A stretch of 64,000 nucleotides of DNA, taken from IMG/VR virus record IMGVR_UViG_3300033553_000165, positions 32,897 to 96,896 of that record. One strand, written 5' to 3'. Positions 63,747 through 64,000 of the stretch are shown here, in pieces (positions within the stretch are counted from its first letter, which is position 1; each line of letters begins with the position of its first letter). The DNA comes from a virus. The notes under the pieces were generated by a model that saw only the letters and a program-made list of their open reading frames with translations, searched no databases and was not told where the DNA came from. Position numbers and translations under genes: made by a program.

Positions 63747-64000
63747 CTATCTTCCCCTACGCAGCTTGGGTGATATTCGCCAAAAGAGTTTGTCTTTTTT
63801 TATTTTATCAATGGTAAACGTTATTCCTAAACTAACGGACGCAGCACCTAAGAATCTACCGACAACCGCCTCAGGCTCTCTCTTCAAAGCCTTATCAATA
63901 ATAACAGGTGTAATTGCAGTGACCATTGCTCCTACAACCCCCCACTCCGTCTTATTATCAGAAATCCACATACCTGCGGCATACCCCATAGTACCATACC
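63747..64000 (-). CDS. Membrane protein, probably 5'-truncated by the window edge
   Basis: Frame stays open past 63989 to the edge; two hydrophobic segments. Confidence 0.55.
   Translation of the reverse strand, partial: YGTMGYAAGMWISDNKTEWGVVGAMVTAITPVIIDKALKREPEAVVGRFLGAASVSLGITFTIDKIKKDKLFWRISPKLRRGR

Noticed and set aside
1-64000. Stop-codon reassignment
   Set aside because: Genes are full length and densely packed under the standard code, with TAA, TAG and TGA all used as stops.

Overview
The window is 64 kb of a large, AT-rich, lytic myovirus-type phage genome. Essentially every real gene is on the minus strand, and the + strand ORFs in the track are antisense shadows. In transcription order (right to left) it contains: membrane/lysis genes (holin-like proteins, GH24 endolysin, spanin-like protein); a MuF head protein; an accessory block (PIG-L-type deacetylase, GT-B glycosyltransferase, AAA ATPase, kinase/ADP-ribosyltransferase-like fusion); a SPO1/Twort (Herelleviridae)-like head, neck, contractile-tail and baseplate module; a ~480-nt highly structured non-coding gap; and a replication/recombination module. 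That last module has three helicases, primase, two sigma-like factors, a dUMP-hydroxymethylase-like thymidylate synthase homologue, DnaE, an HD nucleotidase, SSB, RecA, SbcCD, RuvC and RNase H. It ends in a probable small terminase subunit cut by the window edge. SD-less leaders and a TAnnTTTG box suggest a Bacteroidota host (inference). The best leads are: (1) a possible amino-sugar DNA (or virion) modification pathway made of an hmU synthase, a glycosyltransferase and a de-N-acetylase; (2) two head-module enzymes sharing an N-terminal tag behind a protease-type K-A site, suggesting capsid-packaged, injected effectors; (3) a large G.U-rich minus-strand RNA structure whose G-rich arm is complementary to C-rich gene leaders; (4) a CA(A/G)CTATTA late-promoter motif; and (5) strong CATG/CGCG avoidance. 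All calls come from motifs read by eye; no searches were run.
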